Below are positions 1 through 13,189 of a stretch of DNA of 64,000 bases, piece after piece (the stretch's first letter is position 1; every line of letters begins with the position of its first letter). The DNA is taken from NCBI RefSeq assembly GCF_046119375.1, contig NW_027362768.1, positions 196,850,001 to 196,914,000 of the forward strand, read 5' to 3'. The stretch is from Phyllobates terribilis (Eukaryota). Under the pieces are notes generated by a model. It was not told the origin of the DNA. It ran no database searches and saw only the letters and a program-made list of their open reading frames with translations. The translations under genes were made by a program, and so were the position numbers.

Positions 1-3000
1 AGAGTCAGCGAGCGAGAGTCAGAGAAGGAGAGTCAGAGAAGGAGAGTCAGAGAGGGAGAGTCAGAGAGGGAGAGTCAGAGAGGGAGAGTCAGCGAGGGAG
101 AGTCAGCGAGGGAGAGTCAGAGAGGGAGAGTCAGAGAAGGAGAGTCAGAGAAGGAGAGTCAGAGAGGGAGAGTCAGAGAGGGAGAGTCAGAGAGGGAGAG
201 TCAGAGAAGGAGAGTCAGAGAAGGAGAGTCAGAGAGGGAGAGTCAGAGAGGGAGAGTCAGAGAGGGAGAGTCAGCGAGGGAGAGTCAGAGAGGGAGAGTC
301 AGAGAAGGAGAGTCAGCGAGGGAGAGTCAGCGAGCGAGAGTCAGCGAGGGAGAGTCAGAGAGGGAGAGTCAGCGAGCGAGAGTCAGCGAGGGAGAGTCAG
401 CGAGGGAGAGTCAGCGAGGGAGAGTCAGCGAGCGAGAGTCAGCGAGGGAGAGTCAGAGAGGGAGAGTCAGCGAGCGAGAGTCAGCGAGGGAGAGTCAGCG
501 AGCGAGAGTCAGAGAAGGAGAGTCAGAGAGGGAGAGTCAGAGAGGGAGAGTCAGAGAGGGAGAGTCAGAGAGGGAGAGTCAGCGAGGGAGAGTCAGCGAG
601 CGAGAGTCAGAGAAGGAGAGTCAGAGAAGGAGAGTCAGAGAGGGAGAGTCAGAGAGGGAGAGTCAGCGAGGGAGAGTCAGCGAGCGAGAGTCAGAGAGGG
701 AGAGTCAGCGAGGGAGAGTCAGAGAGGGAGAGTCAGAGAGGGAGAGTCAGAGAGGGAGAGTCAGAGAAGGAGAGTCAGAGAGGGAGAGTCAGAGAGGGAG
801 AGTCAGAGAAGGAGAGTCAGCGAGGGAGAGTCAGAGAAGGAGAGTCAGAGAAGGAGAGTCAGAGAGGGAGAGTCAGAGAAGGAGAGTCAGAGAAGGAGAG
901 TCAGCGATGGAGAGTCAGCGAGCGAGAGTCAGAGAAGGAGAGTCAGAGAAGGAGAGTCAGAGAGGGAGAGTCAGAGAGGGAGAGTCAGCGAGGGAGAGTC
1001 AGAGAGGGCGAGTCAGCGAGGGAGAGTCAGCGAGCGAGAGTCAGAGAAGGAGAGTCAGAGAAGGAGAGTCAGAGAAGGAGAGTCAGAGAAGGAGAGTCAG
1101 AGAGGGAGAGTCAGAGAGGGAGAGTCAGAGAAGGAGAGTCAGAGAAGGAGAGTCAGCGAGGGAGAGTCAGAGAAGGAGAGTCAGAGAAGGAGAGTCAGAG
1201 AGGGAGAGTCAGAGAGGGAGAGTCAGAGAGGGAGAGTCAGAGAAGGAGAGTCAGAGAAGGAGAGTCAGAGAGGGAGCGTCAGAGAGGGAGAGTCCGAGAA
1301 GGAGAGTCAGAGAAGGAGAGTCAGAGAGGGAGAGTCAGAGAGGGAGAGTCAGCGAGCGAGAGTCAGAGAGGGAGAGTCAGAGAGGGAGAGTCAGCGAGGG
1401 AGAGTCAGCGAGGGAGAGTCAGAGAAGGAGAGTCAGCGAGGGAGAGTCAGCGAGCGAGAGTCAGAGAAGGAGAGTCAGAGAAGGAGAGTCAGAGAGGGAG
1501 AGTCAGAGAGGGAGAGTCAGAGAGGGAGAGTCAGCGAGGGAGAGTCAGCGAGCGAGAGTCAGAGAAGGAGAGTCAGAGAAGGAGAGTCAGAGAGGGAGAG
1601 TCAGAGAGGGAGAGTCAGAGAGGGAGAGTCAGAGAGGGAGAGTCAGCGAGGGAGAGTCAGAGAAGGAGAGTCAGAGAAGGAGAGTCAGAGAGGGAGAGTC
1701 AGAGAGGGAGAGTCAGCGAGGGAGAGTCAGCGAGCGAGAGTCAGAGAGGGAGAGTCAGAGAGGGAGAGTCAGAGAGGGAGAGTCAGCGAGGGAGAGTCAG
1801 CGAGGGAGAGTCAGAGAAGGAGAGTCAGAGAGGGAGAGTCAGCGAGGGAGAGTCAGAGAAGGAGAGTCAGCGAGCGAGAGTCAGCGAGGGAGAGTCAGAG
1901 AGGGAGAGTCAGCGAGGGAGAGTCAGAGAGGGAGAGTCAGCGAGAGAGAGTCAGAGAGGGAGAGTCAGCGAGGGAGAGTCAGCGAGCGAGAGTCAGAGAA
2001 GGAGAGTCAGAGAAGGAGAGTCAGAGAGGGAGAGTCAGCGAGGGAGAGTCAGCGAGGGAGAGTCAGCGAGGGAGAGTCAGCGAGGGAGAGTCAGCGAGAG
2101 AGAGTCAGCAAGAAAGAGTCAGAGAAGGAGAGTCAGAGAGGGAGAGTCAGAGAGGGAGAGTCAGAGAGGGAGAGTCAGCGAGAGAGAGTCAGCGAGCGAG
2201 AGTCAGAGAAGGAGAGTCAGAGAAGGAGAGTCAGAGAGGGAGAGTCAGAGAGGGAGAGTCAGAGAGGGAGAGTCAGCGAGGGAGAGTCAGAGAAGGAGAG
2301 TTAGAGAAGGAGAGTCAGAGAGGGAGAGTCAGAGAGGGAGAGTCAGCGAGGGAGAGTCAGAGAAGGAGAGTCAGCGAGGGAGAGTCAGAGAAGGAGAGTC
2401 AGAGAGGGAGGGTCAGAGAGGGAGAGTCAGCGAGGGAGAGTCAGAGAAGGATAGTCAGAGAAGGAGAGTCAGAGAGGGAGAGTCAGAGAGGGAGAGTCAG
2501 AGAGGGAGGGTCAGAGAGGGAGAGTCAGCGAGGGAGAGTCAGAGAGCGAGAGTCAGCGAGGGAGAGTCAGAGAGGGAGAGTCAGCGAGGGAGAGTCAGAG
2601 AAGGAGAGTCAGAGAGGGAGGGTCAGAGAGGGAGAGTCAGCGAGGGAGAGTCAGAGAGGGAGAGTCAGCGAGGGAGAGTCAGCGAGCGAGAGTCAGAGAA
2701 GGAGAGTCAGAGAAGGAGAGTCAGAGAGGGAGAGTCAGCGAGGGAGAGTCAGCGAGGGAGAGTCAGAGAAGGAGAGTCAGAGAAGGAGAGTCAGAGAGGG
2801 AGAGTCAGCGAGGGAGAGTCAGCCAGCGAGAGTCAGCGAGCGAGAGTCAGCGAGGGAGAGCCAGCGAGGGAGAGTCAGAGTGGGAGAGTCAGCGAGGGAG
2901 AGTCAGCGAGGGAAAGTCAGAGAAGGAGAGTCAGAGAGGGAGAGTCAGCGAGGGAGAGTCAGCGAGGGAGAGTCAGAGTGGGAGAGTCAGCGAGCAAGAG

Positions 3001-6000
3001 TCAGCGAGGGAGAGTCAGCGAGCGAGAGTCAGCGAGGGAGAGTCAGCGAGCGAGAGCCAGCGAGGTAGAGTCAGCGAGGGAGAGTCCGCGAGCGAGAGTC
3101 AGAGAGCGAGAGTCAGCGAGGGAGAGTCAGAGAGGGAGAGTCAGCGAGGGAGAGTCAGAGAGGGAGAGTCAGCGAGGGAGAGTCAGAGAGGGAGAGTCAG
3201 CGAGGGAGAGTCAGCGAGCGAGAGTCAGAGAAGGAGAGTCAGAGAAGGAGAGTCAGAGAGGGAGAGTCAGCGAGGGAGAGTCAGAGAAGGAGAGTCAGAG
3301 AAGGAGAGTCAGAGAGGGAGAGTCAGAGAGGGAGAGTCAGCGAGGGAGAGTCAGCGAGGGAGAGTCAGCCAGCGAGAGTCAGCGAGGGAGAGTCAGAGAG
3401 GGAGAGTCAGAGAGGGAGAGTCAGCGAGGGAGAGTCAGAGAGGGAGAGTCAGCGAGGGAGAGTCAGAGAAGGAGAGTCAGAGAGGGAGAGTCAGAGAGGG
3501 AGAGTCAGCGAGCGAGAGTCAGCGAGGGAGAGTCAGCGAGGGAGAGTCAGAGAATGAGAGTCAGAGAGGGAGAGTCAGCGAGGGAGAGTCAGCGAGCGAG
3601 AGTCAGCGAGGGAGAGTCAGCGAGCGAGAGTCAGCGAGGGAGAGTCAGCGAGGGAGAGTCAGCAAGGGAGAGTCAGCGAGCGAGAGTCAGAGAGGGAGAG
3701 TCAGCGAGGGAGAGTCAGAGTGGGAGAGTCAGCGAGGGAGAGTCAGCAAGAAAGAGTCAGAGAAGGAGAGTCAGAGAGGGAGAGTCAGAGAGGGAGAGTC
3801 AGAGAGGGAGAGTCAGCAAGAGAGAGTCAGCGAGCGAGAGTCAGAGAAGGAGAGTCAGAGAAGGAGAGTCAGAGAGGGAGAGTCAGAGAGGGAGAGTCAG
3901 AGAGGGAGAGTCAGCGAGGGAGAGTCAGAGAAGGAGAGTTAGAGAAGGAGAGTCAGAGAGGGAGAGTCAGAGAGGGAGATTCAGCGAGGGAGAGTCAGAG
4001 AAGGAGAGTCAGCGAGGGAGAGTCAGAGAAGGAGAGTCAGAGAGGGAGGGTCAGAGAGGGAGAGTCAGCGAGGGAGAGTCAGAGAAGGATAGTCAGAGAA
4101 GGAGAGTCAGAGAGGGAGAGTCAGAGAAGGAGAGTCAGAGAGGGAGGGTCAGAGAGGGAGAGTCAGCGAGGGAGAGTCAGAGAGCGAGAGTCAGCGAGGG
4201 AGAGTCAGAGAGGGAGAGTCAGCGAGGGAGAGTCAGAGAGGGAGGGTCAGAGAGGGAGAGTCAGCGAGGGAGAGTCAGAGAGGGAGAGTCAGCGAGGGAG
4301 AGTCAGCGAGCGAGAGTCAGAGAAGGAGAGTCAGAGAAGGAGAGTCAGAGAGGGAGAGTCAGCGAGGGAGAGTCAGCGAGGGAGAGTCAGAGAAGGAGAG
4401 TCAGAGAAGGAGAGTCAGAGAGGGAGAGTCAGCGAGGGAGAGTCAGCCAGCGAGAGTCAGCGAGCGAGAGTCAGCGAGGGAGAGCCAGCGAGGGAGAGTC
4501 AGAGTGGGAGAGTCAGCGAGGGAGAGTCAGCGAGGGAAAGTCAGAGAAGGAGAGTCAGAGAGGGAGAGTCAGCGAGGGAGAGTCAGCGAGGGAGAGTCAG
4601 AGTGGGAGAGTCAGCGAGCAAGAGTCAGCGAGGGAGAGTCAGCGAGCGAGAGTCAGCGAGGGAGAGTCAGCGAGCGAGAGCCAGCGAGGTAGAGTCAGCG
4701 AGGGAGAGTCAGCGAGCGAGAGTCAGAGAGCGAGAGTCAGCGAGGGAGAGTCAGAGAGGGAGAGTCAGCGAGGGAGAGTCAGAGAGGGAGAGTCAGCGAG
4801 GGAGAGTCAGAGAGGGAGAGTCAGCGAGGGAGAGTCAGCGAGCGAGAGTCAGAGAAGGAGAGTCAGAGAAGGAGAGTCAGAGAGGGAGAGTCAGCGAGGG
4901 AGAGTCAGCGAGGGAGAGTCAGAGAAGGAGAGTCAGAGAAGGAGAGTCAGAGAGGGAGAGTCAGCGAGGGAGAGTCAGCGAGGGAGAGTCAGCCAGCGAG
5001 AGTCAGCGAGGGAGAGTCAGAGAGGGAGAGTCAGAGAGGGAGAGTCAGCGAGGGAGAGTCAGAGAGGGAGAGTCAGCGAGGGAGAGTCAGAGAAGGAGAG
5101 TCAGAGAGGGAGAGTCAGAGAGGGAGAGTCAGCGAAGGAGAGTCAGAGAATGAGAGTCAGAGAGGGAGAGTCAGCGAGGGAGAGTCAGCGAGCGAGAGTC
5201 AGCGAGGGAGAGTCAGCGAGCGAGAGTCAGCGAGGGAGAGTCAGCGAGGGAGAGTCAGCGAGGGAGAGTCAGCGAGCGAGAGTCAGAGAGGGAGAGTCAG
5301 CGAGGGAGAGTCAGAGTGGGAGAGTCAGCGAGGGAGAGTCAGCGAGGGAAAGTCAGAGAAGGAGAGTCAGAGAGGGAGAGTCAGCGAGGGAGAGTCAGAG
5401 TGGGAGAGTCAGCGAGGGAGAGTCAGCGAGGGAGAGTCAGCGAGCGAGAGTTAGCGAGGGAGAGTCAGCGAGCGAGAGTCAGAGAGGGAGAGTCAGAGAG
5501 GGAGAGTCAGAGAGGGAGAGTCAGCGAGCGAGAGCCAGCGAGGGAGAGTCAGCGAGGGAGAGTCAGCGAGCGAGAGTCAGAGAGGGAGAGTCAGAGAGGG
5601 AGAGTCAGCGAGGGAGAGTCAGCGAGGGAGAGTCAGAGTGGGAGAGTCAGCGAGCGAGAGTCAGCGAGCGAGAGTCAGCGAGGGAGAGTCAGCGAGGGAG
5701 AGTCAGCGAGCGAGAGTCAGAGAGGGAGAGTCAGAGAGGGAGAGTCAGCGAGCGAGAGCCAGCGAGGGAGAGTCAGCGAGCGAGAGTCAGAGAGGGAGAG
5801 TCAGCGAGCGAGAGTCAGCGAGCGAGAGTCAGCGAGCGAGAGTCAGCGAGGGAGAGTCAGCGAAGGAGAGTCAGCGAGCGAGAGTCAGCGAGGGAGAGTC
5901 AGCGAGGGAGAGTCAGCGAGGGAGGGTCAGAGAGGGAGAGTCAGCAAGCGAGAGTCAGCAAGCGAGAGTCAGCGAGGGAGCGTCAGCGAGCGAGAGTCAG

Positions 6001-9000
6001 CGAGGGAGAGTCAGCAAGGGAGAGTCAGCGAGCGAGAGTCAGAGAGGGAGAGTCAGCGAGGGAGAGTCAGAGAGGGAGAGTCAGCGAGGGAGAGTCAGCG
6101 AGGAAGAGTCAGCGAGCGAGAGTCAGCGAGGGAGAGTCAGAGAGGGAGAGTCAGCGAGGGAGAGTCAGCGAGCGAGAGTCAGAGAGGGAGAGTCAGAGAG
6201 GGAGAGTCAGCGAGGGAGAGTCAGAGAGGGAGAGTCAGCGAGGGAGAGTCAGTGAGGGAGGGTCAGAGAGGGAGAGTCAGCAAGCGAGAGTCAGCAAGCG
6301 AGAGTCAGCGAGGGAGCGTCAGCGAGCGAGAGTCAGCGAGGGAGAGTCAGCAAGGGAGAGTCAGCAAGGGAGAGTCAGCGAGCGAGAGTCAGAGAGGGAG
6401 AGTCAGCGAGGGAGAGTCAGAGAGGGAGAGTCAGCGAGGGAGAGCCAGCGAGCGAGAGTCAGCGAGGGAGAGCCAGCGAGGGAGAGTCAGCGAGCGAGAG
6501 TCAGCGAGCGAGAGTCAGCGAGGGAGAGTCAGCGAGCGAGAGTCAGCGAGAGAGAGTCAGCGAGGGATAGCCAGCGAGAGAGAGTCAGCGAGGGAGAGCC
6601 AGCGAGCGAGAGTCAGCGAGGGAGAGTCAGCGAGGGAGAGTCAGCGAGCGAGAGTCAGCAAGGGAGAGTCAGAGAAGGAGAGTCAGCGAGCGAGAGTCAG
6701 CGAGGGAGAGTCAGAGAAGGAGAGTCAGCGAGGGAGAGTCAGAGAGGGAGGGTCAGCGAGCGCGAGTCAGCGAGCGAGAGTCAGCGAGGGAGCGTTAGCG
6801 AGCGAGAGTCAGCGAGGGAGAGTCAGCGAGCGAGAGTCAGAGAGGGAGAGTCAGCGAGCGAGAGTCAGAGAGGGAGAGTCAGCGAGGGAGAGTCAGCGAG
6901 GGAGAGTCAGCGAGGGAGAGTCAGAGAGGGAGAGTCAGCGAGCGAGAGTCAGCGAGGGAGAGTCAGAGTCAGAGAGAGACAGTCAGCGAGCGAGAGTCAG
7001 CAAGGGAGAGTCAGAGAGAGAGAGTCAGCGAGCGAGAGTCAGCAAGGGAGAGTCAGCAAGGGAGAGTCAGCAAGGGAGAGTCAGAGAGAGAGAGTCAGCG
7101 AGGGAGAGTCAGCAAGGGAGAGTCAGAGAGAGAGAGTCAGCGAGGGAGAGTCAGAGAGGGAGAGTCAGCGAGAGACAGTCAGCGAGCGAGAGTCAGTGAG
7201 GGAGAGTCAGCGAGTGAGAGTCAGCGAGTGAGAGTCAGCGAGGGAGAGTCAGCGAGGGAGAGTCAGAGAGGGAGAGTCAGCGAGGGAGAGTCAGCGAGCG
7301 AGAGTCAGAGAGAGAGAGTCAGCGAGGGAGAGTCAGCGAGCGAGAGCCAGCGAGGGAGAGTCAGCGAGGGAGAGTCAGCGAGCGAGAGTCAGTGAGGGAG
7401 AGTCAGAGAGGGAGAGTCAGCGAGGGAGAGTCAGCGAGGGAGAGTCAGAGTGGGAGATTCAGCGAGCGACAGTCAGCGAGGGAGAGTCAGCGAGGGAGAG
7501 TCAGAGAGGGAGAGTCAGCGAGGGAGAGTCAGAGAGGGAGAGTCAGCGAGGGAGAGTCAGTTAGGGAGGGTCAGAGAGGGAGAGTCAGCAAGCGAGAGTC
7601 AGCAAGCGAGAGTCAGCGAGGGAGCGTCAGCGAGCGAGAGTCAGCGAGGGAGAGTCAGCAAGGGAGAGTCAGCAAGGGAGAGTCAGCGAGCGAGAGTCAG
7701 AGAGGGAGAGTCAGCGAGGGAGAGTCAGAGAGGGAGAGTCAGCGAGGGAGAGCCAGCGAGCGAGAGTCAGCGAGGGAGAGCCAGCGAGGGAGAGTCAGCG
7801 AGCGAGAGTCAGCGAGCGAGAGTCAGCGAGGGAGAGTCAGCGAGCGAGAGTCAGCGAGAGAGAGTCAGCGAGGGATAGCCAGCGAGAGAGAGTCAGCGAG
7901 GGAGAGCCAGCGAGCGAGAGTCAGCGAGGGAGAGTCAGCGAGGGAGAGTCAGCGAGCGAGAGTCAGCAAGGGAGAGTCAGAGAAGGAGAGTCAGCGAGCG
8001 AGAGTCAGCGAGGGAGAGTCAGAGAAGGAGAGTCAGCGAGGGAGAGTCAGAGAGGGAGGGTCAGCGAGCGCGAGTCAGCGAGCGAGAGTCAGCGAGGGAG
8101 CGTCAGCGAGCGAGAGTCAGCGAGGGAGAGTCAGCGAGCGAGAGTCAGAGAGGGAGAGTCAGCGAGGGAGAGTCAGAGAGGGAGAGTCAGAGAGGGAGAG
8201 TCAGCGAGGGAGAGTCAGCGAGGGAGAGTCAGAGAGGGAGAGTCAGCGAGCGAGAGTCAGCGAGGGAGAGTCAGAGTCAGAGAGAGACAGTCAGCGAGCG
8301 AGAGTCAGCAAGGGAGAGTCAGCAAGGGAGAGTCAGAGAGAGAGAGTCAGCGAGCGAGAGTCAGCAAGGGAGAGTCAGCAAGGGAGAGTCAGCAAGGGAG
8401 AGTCAGAGAGAGAGAGTCAGCGAGGGAGAGTCAGCAAGGGAGAGTCAGAGAGAGAGAGTCAGCGAGGGAGAGTCAGAGAGGGAGAGTCAGCGAGAGACAG
8501 TCAGCGAGCGAGAGTCAGTGAGGGAGAGTCAGCGAGTGAGAGTCAGCGAGTGAGAGTCAGCGAGGGAGAGTCAGCGAGGGAGAGTCAGAGAGGGAGAGTC
8601 AGCGAGGGAGAGTCAGCGAGCGAGAGTCAGAGAGAGAGTCAGCGAGCGAGAGTCAGTGAGGGAGAGTCAGAGAGGGAGAGTCAGCGAGGGAGAGTCAGCG
8701 AGGGAGAGTCAGAGTGGGAGATTCAGCGAGCGAGAGTCAGCGAGGGAGAGTCAGCGAGGGAGAGTCAGTGAGGGAGAGTCAGCGAGCGAGAGTCAGAGAG
8801 GGAGAGTCAGCGAGGTAGAGTCAGAGAAGGAGAGTCAGCGAGGGAGAGTCAGCGAGGGAGAGTCAGCGAGCGAGAGTCAGAGAGGGAGAGTCAGCGAGGG
8901 AGAGTCAGCGAGGGAGGGTCAGAGAGGGAGAGTCAGCAAGCGAGAGTCAGCAAGCGAGAGTCAGCGAGGGAGAGTCAGCGAGGGAGCGTCAGCGAGCGAG

Positions 9001-9770
9001 AGTCAGCGAGGGAGAGTCAGCAAGGGAGAGTCAGCAAGGGAGAGTCAGCGAGCGAGAGTCAGAGAGGGAGAGTCAGCGAGGGAGAGTCAGAGAGGGAGAG
9101 TCAGCGAGGGAGAGTCAGCGAGGGAGAGTCAGCGAGGGAGAGCCAGCGAGCGAGAGTCAGCGAGGGAGAGCCAGCGAGGGAGAGTCAGCGAGCGAGAGTC
9201 AGCGAGGGAGAGTCAGCGAGCGAGAGTCAGCGAGAGAGAGTCAGCGAGGGAGAGCCAGCGAGCGAGAGTCAGCGAGGGAGAGTCAGCGAGGGAGAGTCAG
9301 CGAGCGAGAGTCAGCAAGGGAGAGTCAGAGAAGGAGAGTCAGCGAGCGAGAGTCAGCGAGGGAGAGTCAGAGAAGGAGAGTCAGCGAGGGAGAGTCAGAG
9401 AGGGAGGGTCAGCGAGCGCGAGTCAGCAAGGGAGAGTCAGCAAGGGAGAGTCAGAGAGAGAAAGTCAGCGAGGGAGAGTCAGCAAGGGAGAGTCAGAGAG
9501 AGAGAGTCAGCGAGGGAGAGTCAGAGAGGGAGAGTCAGCGAGAGACAGTCAGCGAGCGAGAGTCAGCGAGGGAGAGTCAGTGAGGGAGAGTCAGCAAGTG
9601 AGAGTCAGCGAGTGAGAGTCAGCGAGGGAGAGTCAGAGAGGGAGAGTCAGCGAGGGAGAGTCAGCGAGCGAGAGTCAGAGAGAGAGAGTCAGCGAGGGAG
9701 AGTCAGCGAGCGAGAGTCAGCGAGGGAGAGTCAGAGAGGGAGAGTCAGCGAGGGAGAGTCAGAGAGGGAG
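1..9770 (+). repeat. 14-bp purine-rich satellite, consensus GAGTCAG(C/A)GAGGGA, ~700 copies, begins before the window
   Basis: GAGTCAG recurs at 2, 16, 30, 44, 58 (period 14) through ~9770. Variant blocks are duplicated at kb scale. Confidence 0.98.
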
Positions 9771-10213
9771 ACCGAAGAAGCTGCAGAGACCTGATCTGAA
9801 AACAGTCACCAAACATTAAAAAATGTCATCAATGCAATTCCCGACACATAACAGATATGGACAGAATAATGTGGAATTAGAGGCTGCGCAGCTCGAATAT
9901 AAATGGACATACAGGGAGGGCGCCATCGCCCCGGGGACTTCATGACAGTGGGGGTCTTCAGGCTTTCCTGTCTTGTTAGTGGTGAGGGGTTTATGTTACT
10001 GATTGGTTTTATTGTTTTTGTATCCCCCTGACGTCAGGATCCGCTGGCCGGGATCCGAGGAGGCATTTGTCTCTGGGTGACTCCATTACGGATCGTGCGG
10101 TTATATTATACACTCACTGCGGTCTGGACTCCTAGTATTGTCTTTACTTGTATATTTTTAGTATTTTTCAGTTTTCTTAATTTATTTTTAATGTCTTATC
10201 GATTCTTGCCACT

Positions 10214-13106
10214 GATCCCTGCAGATCTATACTGAGGCTGTATACTGGATCCCTGCAGGCTGCTGTATACGGGATCCTTTTTATTCTATACTGGGACTGT
10301 TCACCGGATCCCTGCTACTGATCTATACCAGATCCTATTGATCTATACTGGGACTGTATACTGGATCCCTGCTGATCTATACTGGGACTGTATACTGGAT
10401 CCCTGCTGATCTATACTGAGGCTGTATACTGGATCCTGCAAATATATTCTGGAGCTTTATACTGGATCCTTGTTATTCTATACTGGGACTGTACAATGAA
10501 TCCCTGCTGCTGATCTATACTGGATCCTATTGATCTATACTGGGACTGTATACTGGATCCCTGCTGATCTATACTGGAGCTGTATACTGGATCCTGAAAA
10601 TCTATACTAGGGCTGTATACTGGATTCCTGCTGATCTATACTGAAGCTGTATACTGGATCCCTGCTAATCTATACTGGAGCTGTATACTGGATCCCTGCT
10701 GATCTATACTGGAGCTGTATACTGGATCCCTGCTGATCTATACTGGAGCTGTATACTGGATCCTGCAGATCTATACTGGGGCTGTATACTGAATCCTGCT
10801 GATCTATACTGGGACTGTATACTGGATCCTGCAGATCTATACTGGGGCTGTATACTGGATCCTTCTGATATATACTAGAGCTGTATACTGGATCCCTGGT
10901 GGCTTCTGTATACTGGATTCTTGTTATTCTATACTAGGACGGTACACTGGATCCCTACTGATCTATACTGGGACTGTATACTGAATCCTTGCTAATCTAT
11001 ACTGGGGCTGTATACTGAATCCTGCAGATATATTCTGGAGCTGAATACTGGATCACTGCTGGCTGCTGTATACTGGATCCTTGTTATTCTATACTGGGAC
11101 TGTACACCGGATCCCTGGTGTTGATCTATACCAGATCCTATTGCTCTATATTGGGACTGTATACTGGATCCCTGCTGATCTATACTGGGGCTGTATATTG
11201 GATCCCTGCTGCCGATCTATATTGGAGCTGTATACTGGATCCTGTAAATCTATACTGGGACTGTACACCGGATCCTTGCTGTTGATCTATACCAGATCCT
11301 ATTGATCTATACTGGGACTGTATACTGGATCCCTGCTGAGTCTGACCTATACTGGGGCCGTATATTGGATCCCTGCTGCTGTTCTATACTGGGGCTCTAT
11401 ACTGGATCCTGATGGTCTATACTGGATCCTGCAAATCTATACTGAGGCTATTACTGGATTCCTGCTGATCTAAACTGGGATGGTATACTGGATCCCTGCT
11501 GACCTATACTGGGGCTGTATATAAGATCCCTGCTGCTGATCTATACTGGAGCTGTATACTGGATCCTGATGATCTATACTGGCGCCGTATACTGGATCCT
11601 GCAAATCTATACTGGGGCTGTATAGTGGATTCCTGCTGATCTAAACTAGGACTGTATACTGGATTCCTGCTGCTGATCTATACTTGAGCTGTATACTGGA
11701 TTCTTGTTATTCTATACTGGGACTGTACACTGGATCCCTACTGATCTATACCAGATCCTATTGATCTATACTGGGGCTGTATACTGGATCCTGCAGATAT
11801 ATTCTGGAGCTGAATACTGGATCCCTGCTGGCTGCTATATACTGGATCCTTGTTATTCTATACTGGGACTGTACACTGGATCCCTGCCGATCTATACTGG
11901 GGCTGTATATTGGATCCCTGCTGCTGATCTATACTGGAGCTGTATACTGGATCCTGTAAATCTATACTGGGGCTGTATACTGGATCCCTGCCGATCTATA
12001 CTGGGGCTGTATACTGGATCCCTGCTGATCTATACTGGAGCTGTATACTGGATCCTGTAAATCTATACTGGGGCTGTATACTGGATCCCTGCTGATCTAT
12101 ACTGGAGCTGTATACTGGATCCTGTAAATCTATACTGGGGCTGTATACTGGATCCTGTAAATCTATACTGGGGCTGTATACTGGATCCCTGCTGATCTAT
12201 ACTGGAGCTGTATACTGGATCCTGTAAATCTATACTGGGGCTGTATACTGGTTCCCTGCTGATCTATACTGGAGCTGTATACTGGATCCTGTAAATCTAT
12301 ACTGGGGCTGTATACTGGATCCCTGCTGATCTATACTGGAGCTGTATACTGGATCCTGTAAATCTATACTGGGGCTGTATACTGGATCCCTGCTGATCTA
12401 TACTGGAGCTGTATACTGGATCCTGTAAATCTATACTGGGGCTGTATACTGGATCCCTGCTGATCTATACTGGAGCTGTATACTGGATCCTGTAAATCTA
12501 TACTGGGGCTGTATACTGGATCCCTGCCGATCTATACTGGGGCTGTATACTGGATCCTGTAAATCTATACTGGGGTTGTATACTGGATCCCTGCTGATCT
12601 ATACTGGAGCTGTATACTGGATCCTGTAAATCTATACTGGGGTTGTATACTGGATCCCTGCTGATCTATACTGGAGCTGTATACTGGATCCTGTAAATCT
12701 ATACTGGGGCTGTATACTGGATCCCAGCTGATCTATACTGGAGCTGTATACTGGATCCTGTAAATCTATACTGGGGTTGTATACTGGATCCCTGCTGATC
12801 TATACTGGAGCTGTATACTGGATCCTGTAAATCTATACTGGGGCTGTATACTGGATCCCAGCTGATCTATACTGGAGCTGTATACTGGATCCTGTAAATC
12901 TATACTGGGGCTGTATACTGGTTCCCTGCTGCTGATCTATACTGGAGCTGTATACTGGATCCTGCTGATCTATACTGGTACTGTACACTGGATCCCTGCT
13001 ACTCTACACTGGATTCCGGCTGCTGTACACTGGATCCCGGCTGCAGATCTATACTGGATCCCTGCTGCTGTACACTGGATCCCGGCTGCAGATCTATACC
13101 TGATCC
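10214..13106 (+). repeat. 33/34-bp minisatellite (ATCTATACTGG(G/A)GCTGTATACTGGATCC...), with a 67-bp dimer higher-order repeat in the 3' half
   Basis: Unit A atctatactggggctgtatactggatccctgctg (34) alternates with unit B atctatactggagctgtatactggatcctgtaa (33), e.g. 12161 to 12228. Confidence 0.95.
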
Positions 13107-13189
13107 TTCCGTCTTTAGTCACAGGTGAGCCTCTGATCTTACAGACATTATTTTCCACAGAATCACCACAATCCTCCAGCATTGAGCTA

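Noticed and set aside
1-9770. Array of AP-1/MARE sites (GAGTCAG)
   Set aside because: Units read AGAGTCAG, lacking the T of TGAGTCA, and CGCTGAC rather than TGCTGAC, so they are not consensus sites.
907-9794. Very long RS/RE-rich ORFs (up to 1417 aa) resembling SR proteins
   Set aside because: They result from a 14-bp unit with no stop codon in any + frame. They overlap in all three frames, and no unique domain or splice structure is present.
10029-10036. Perfect CRE palindrome TGACGTCA
   Set aside because: A single 8-mer 3.3 kb from the nearest start; expected by chance in 64 kb.
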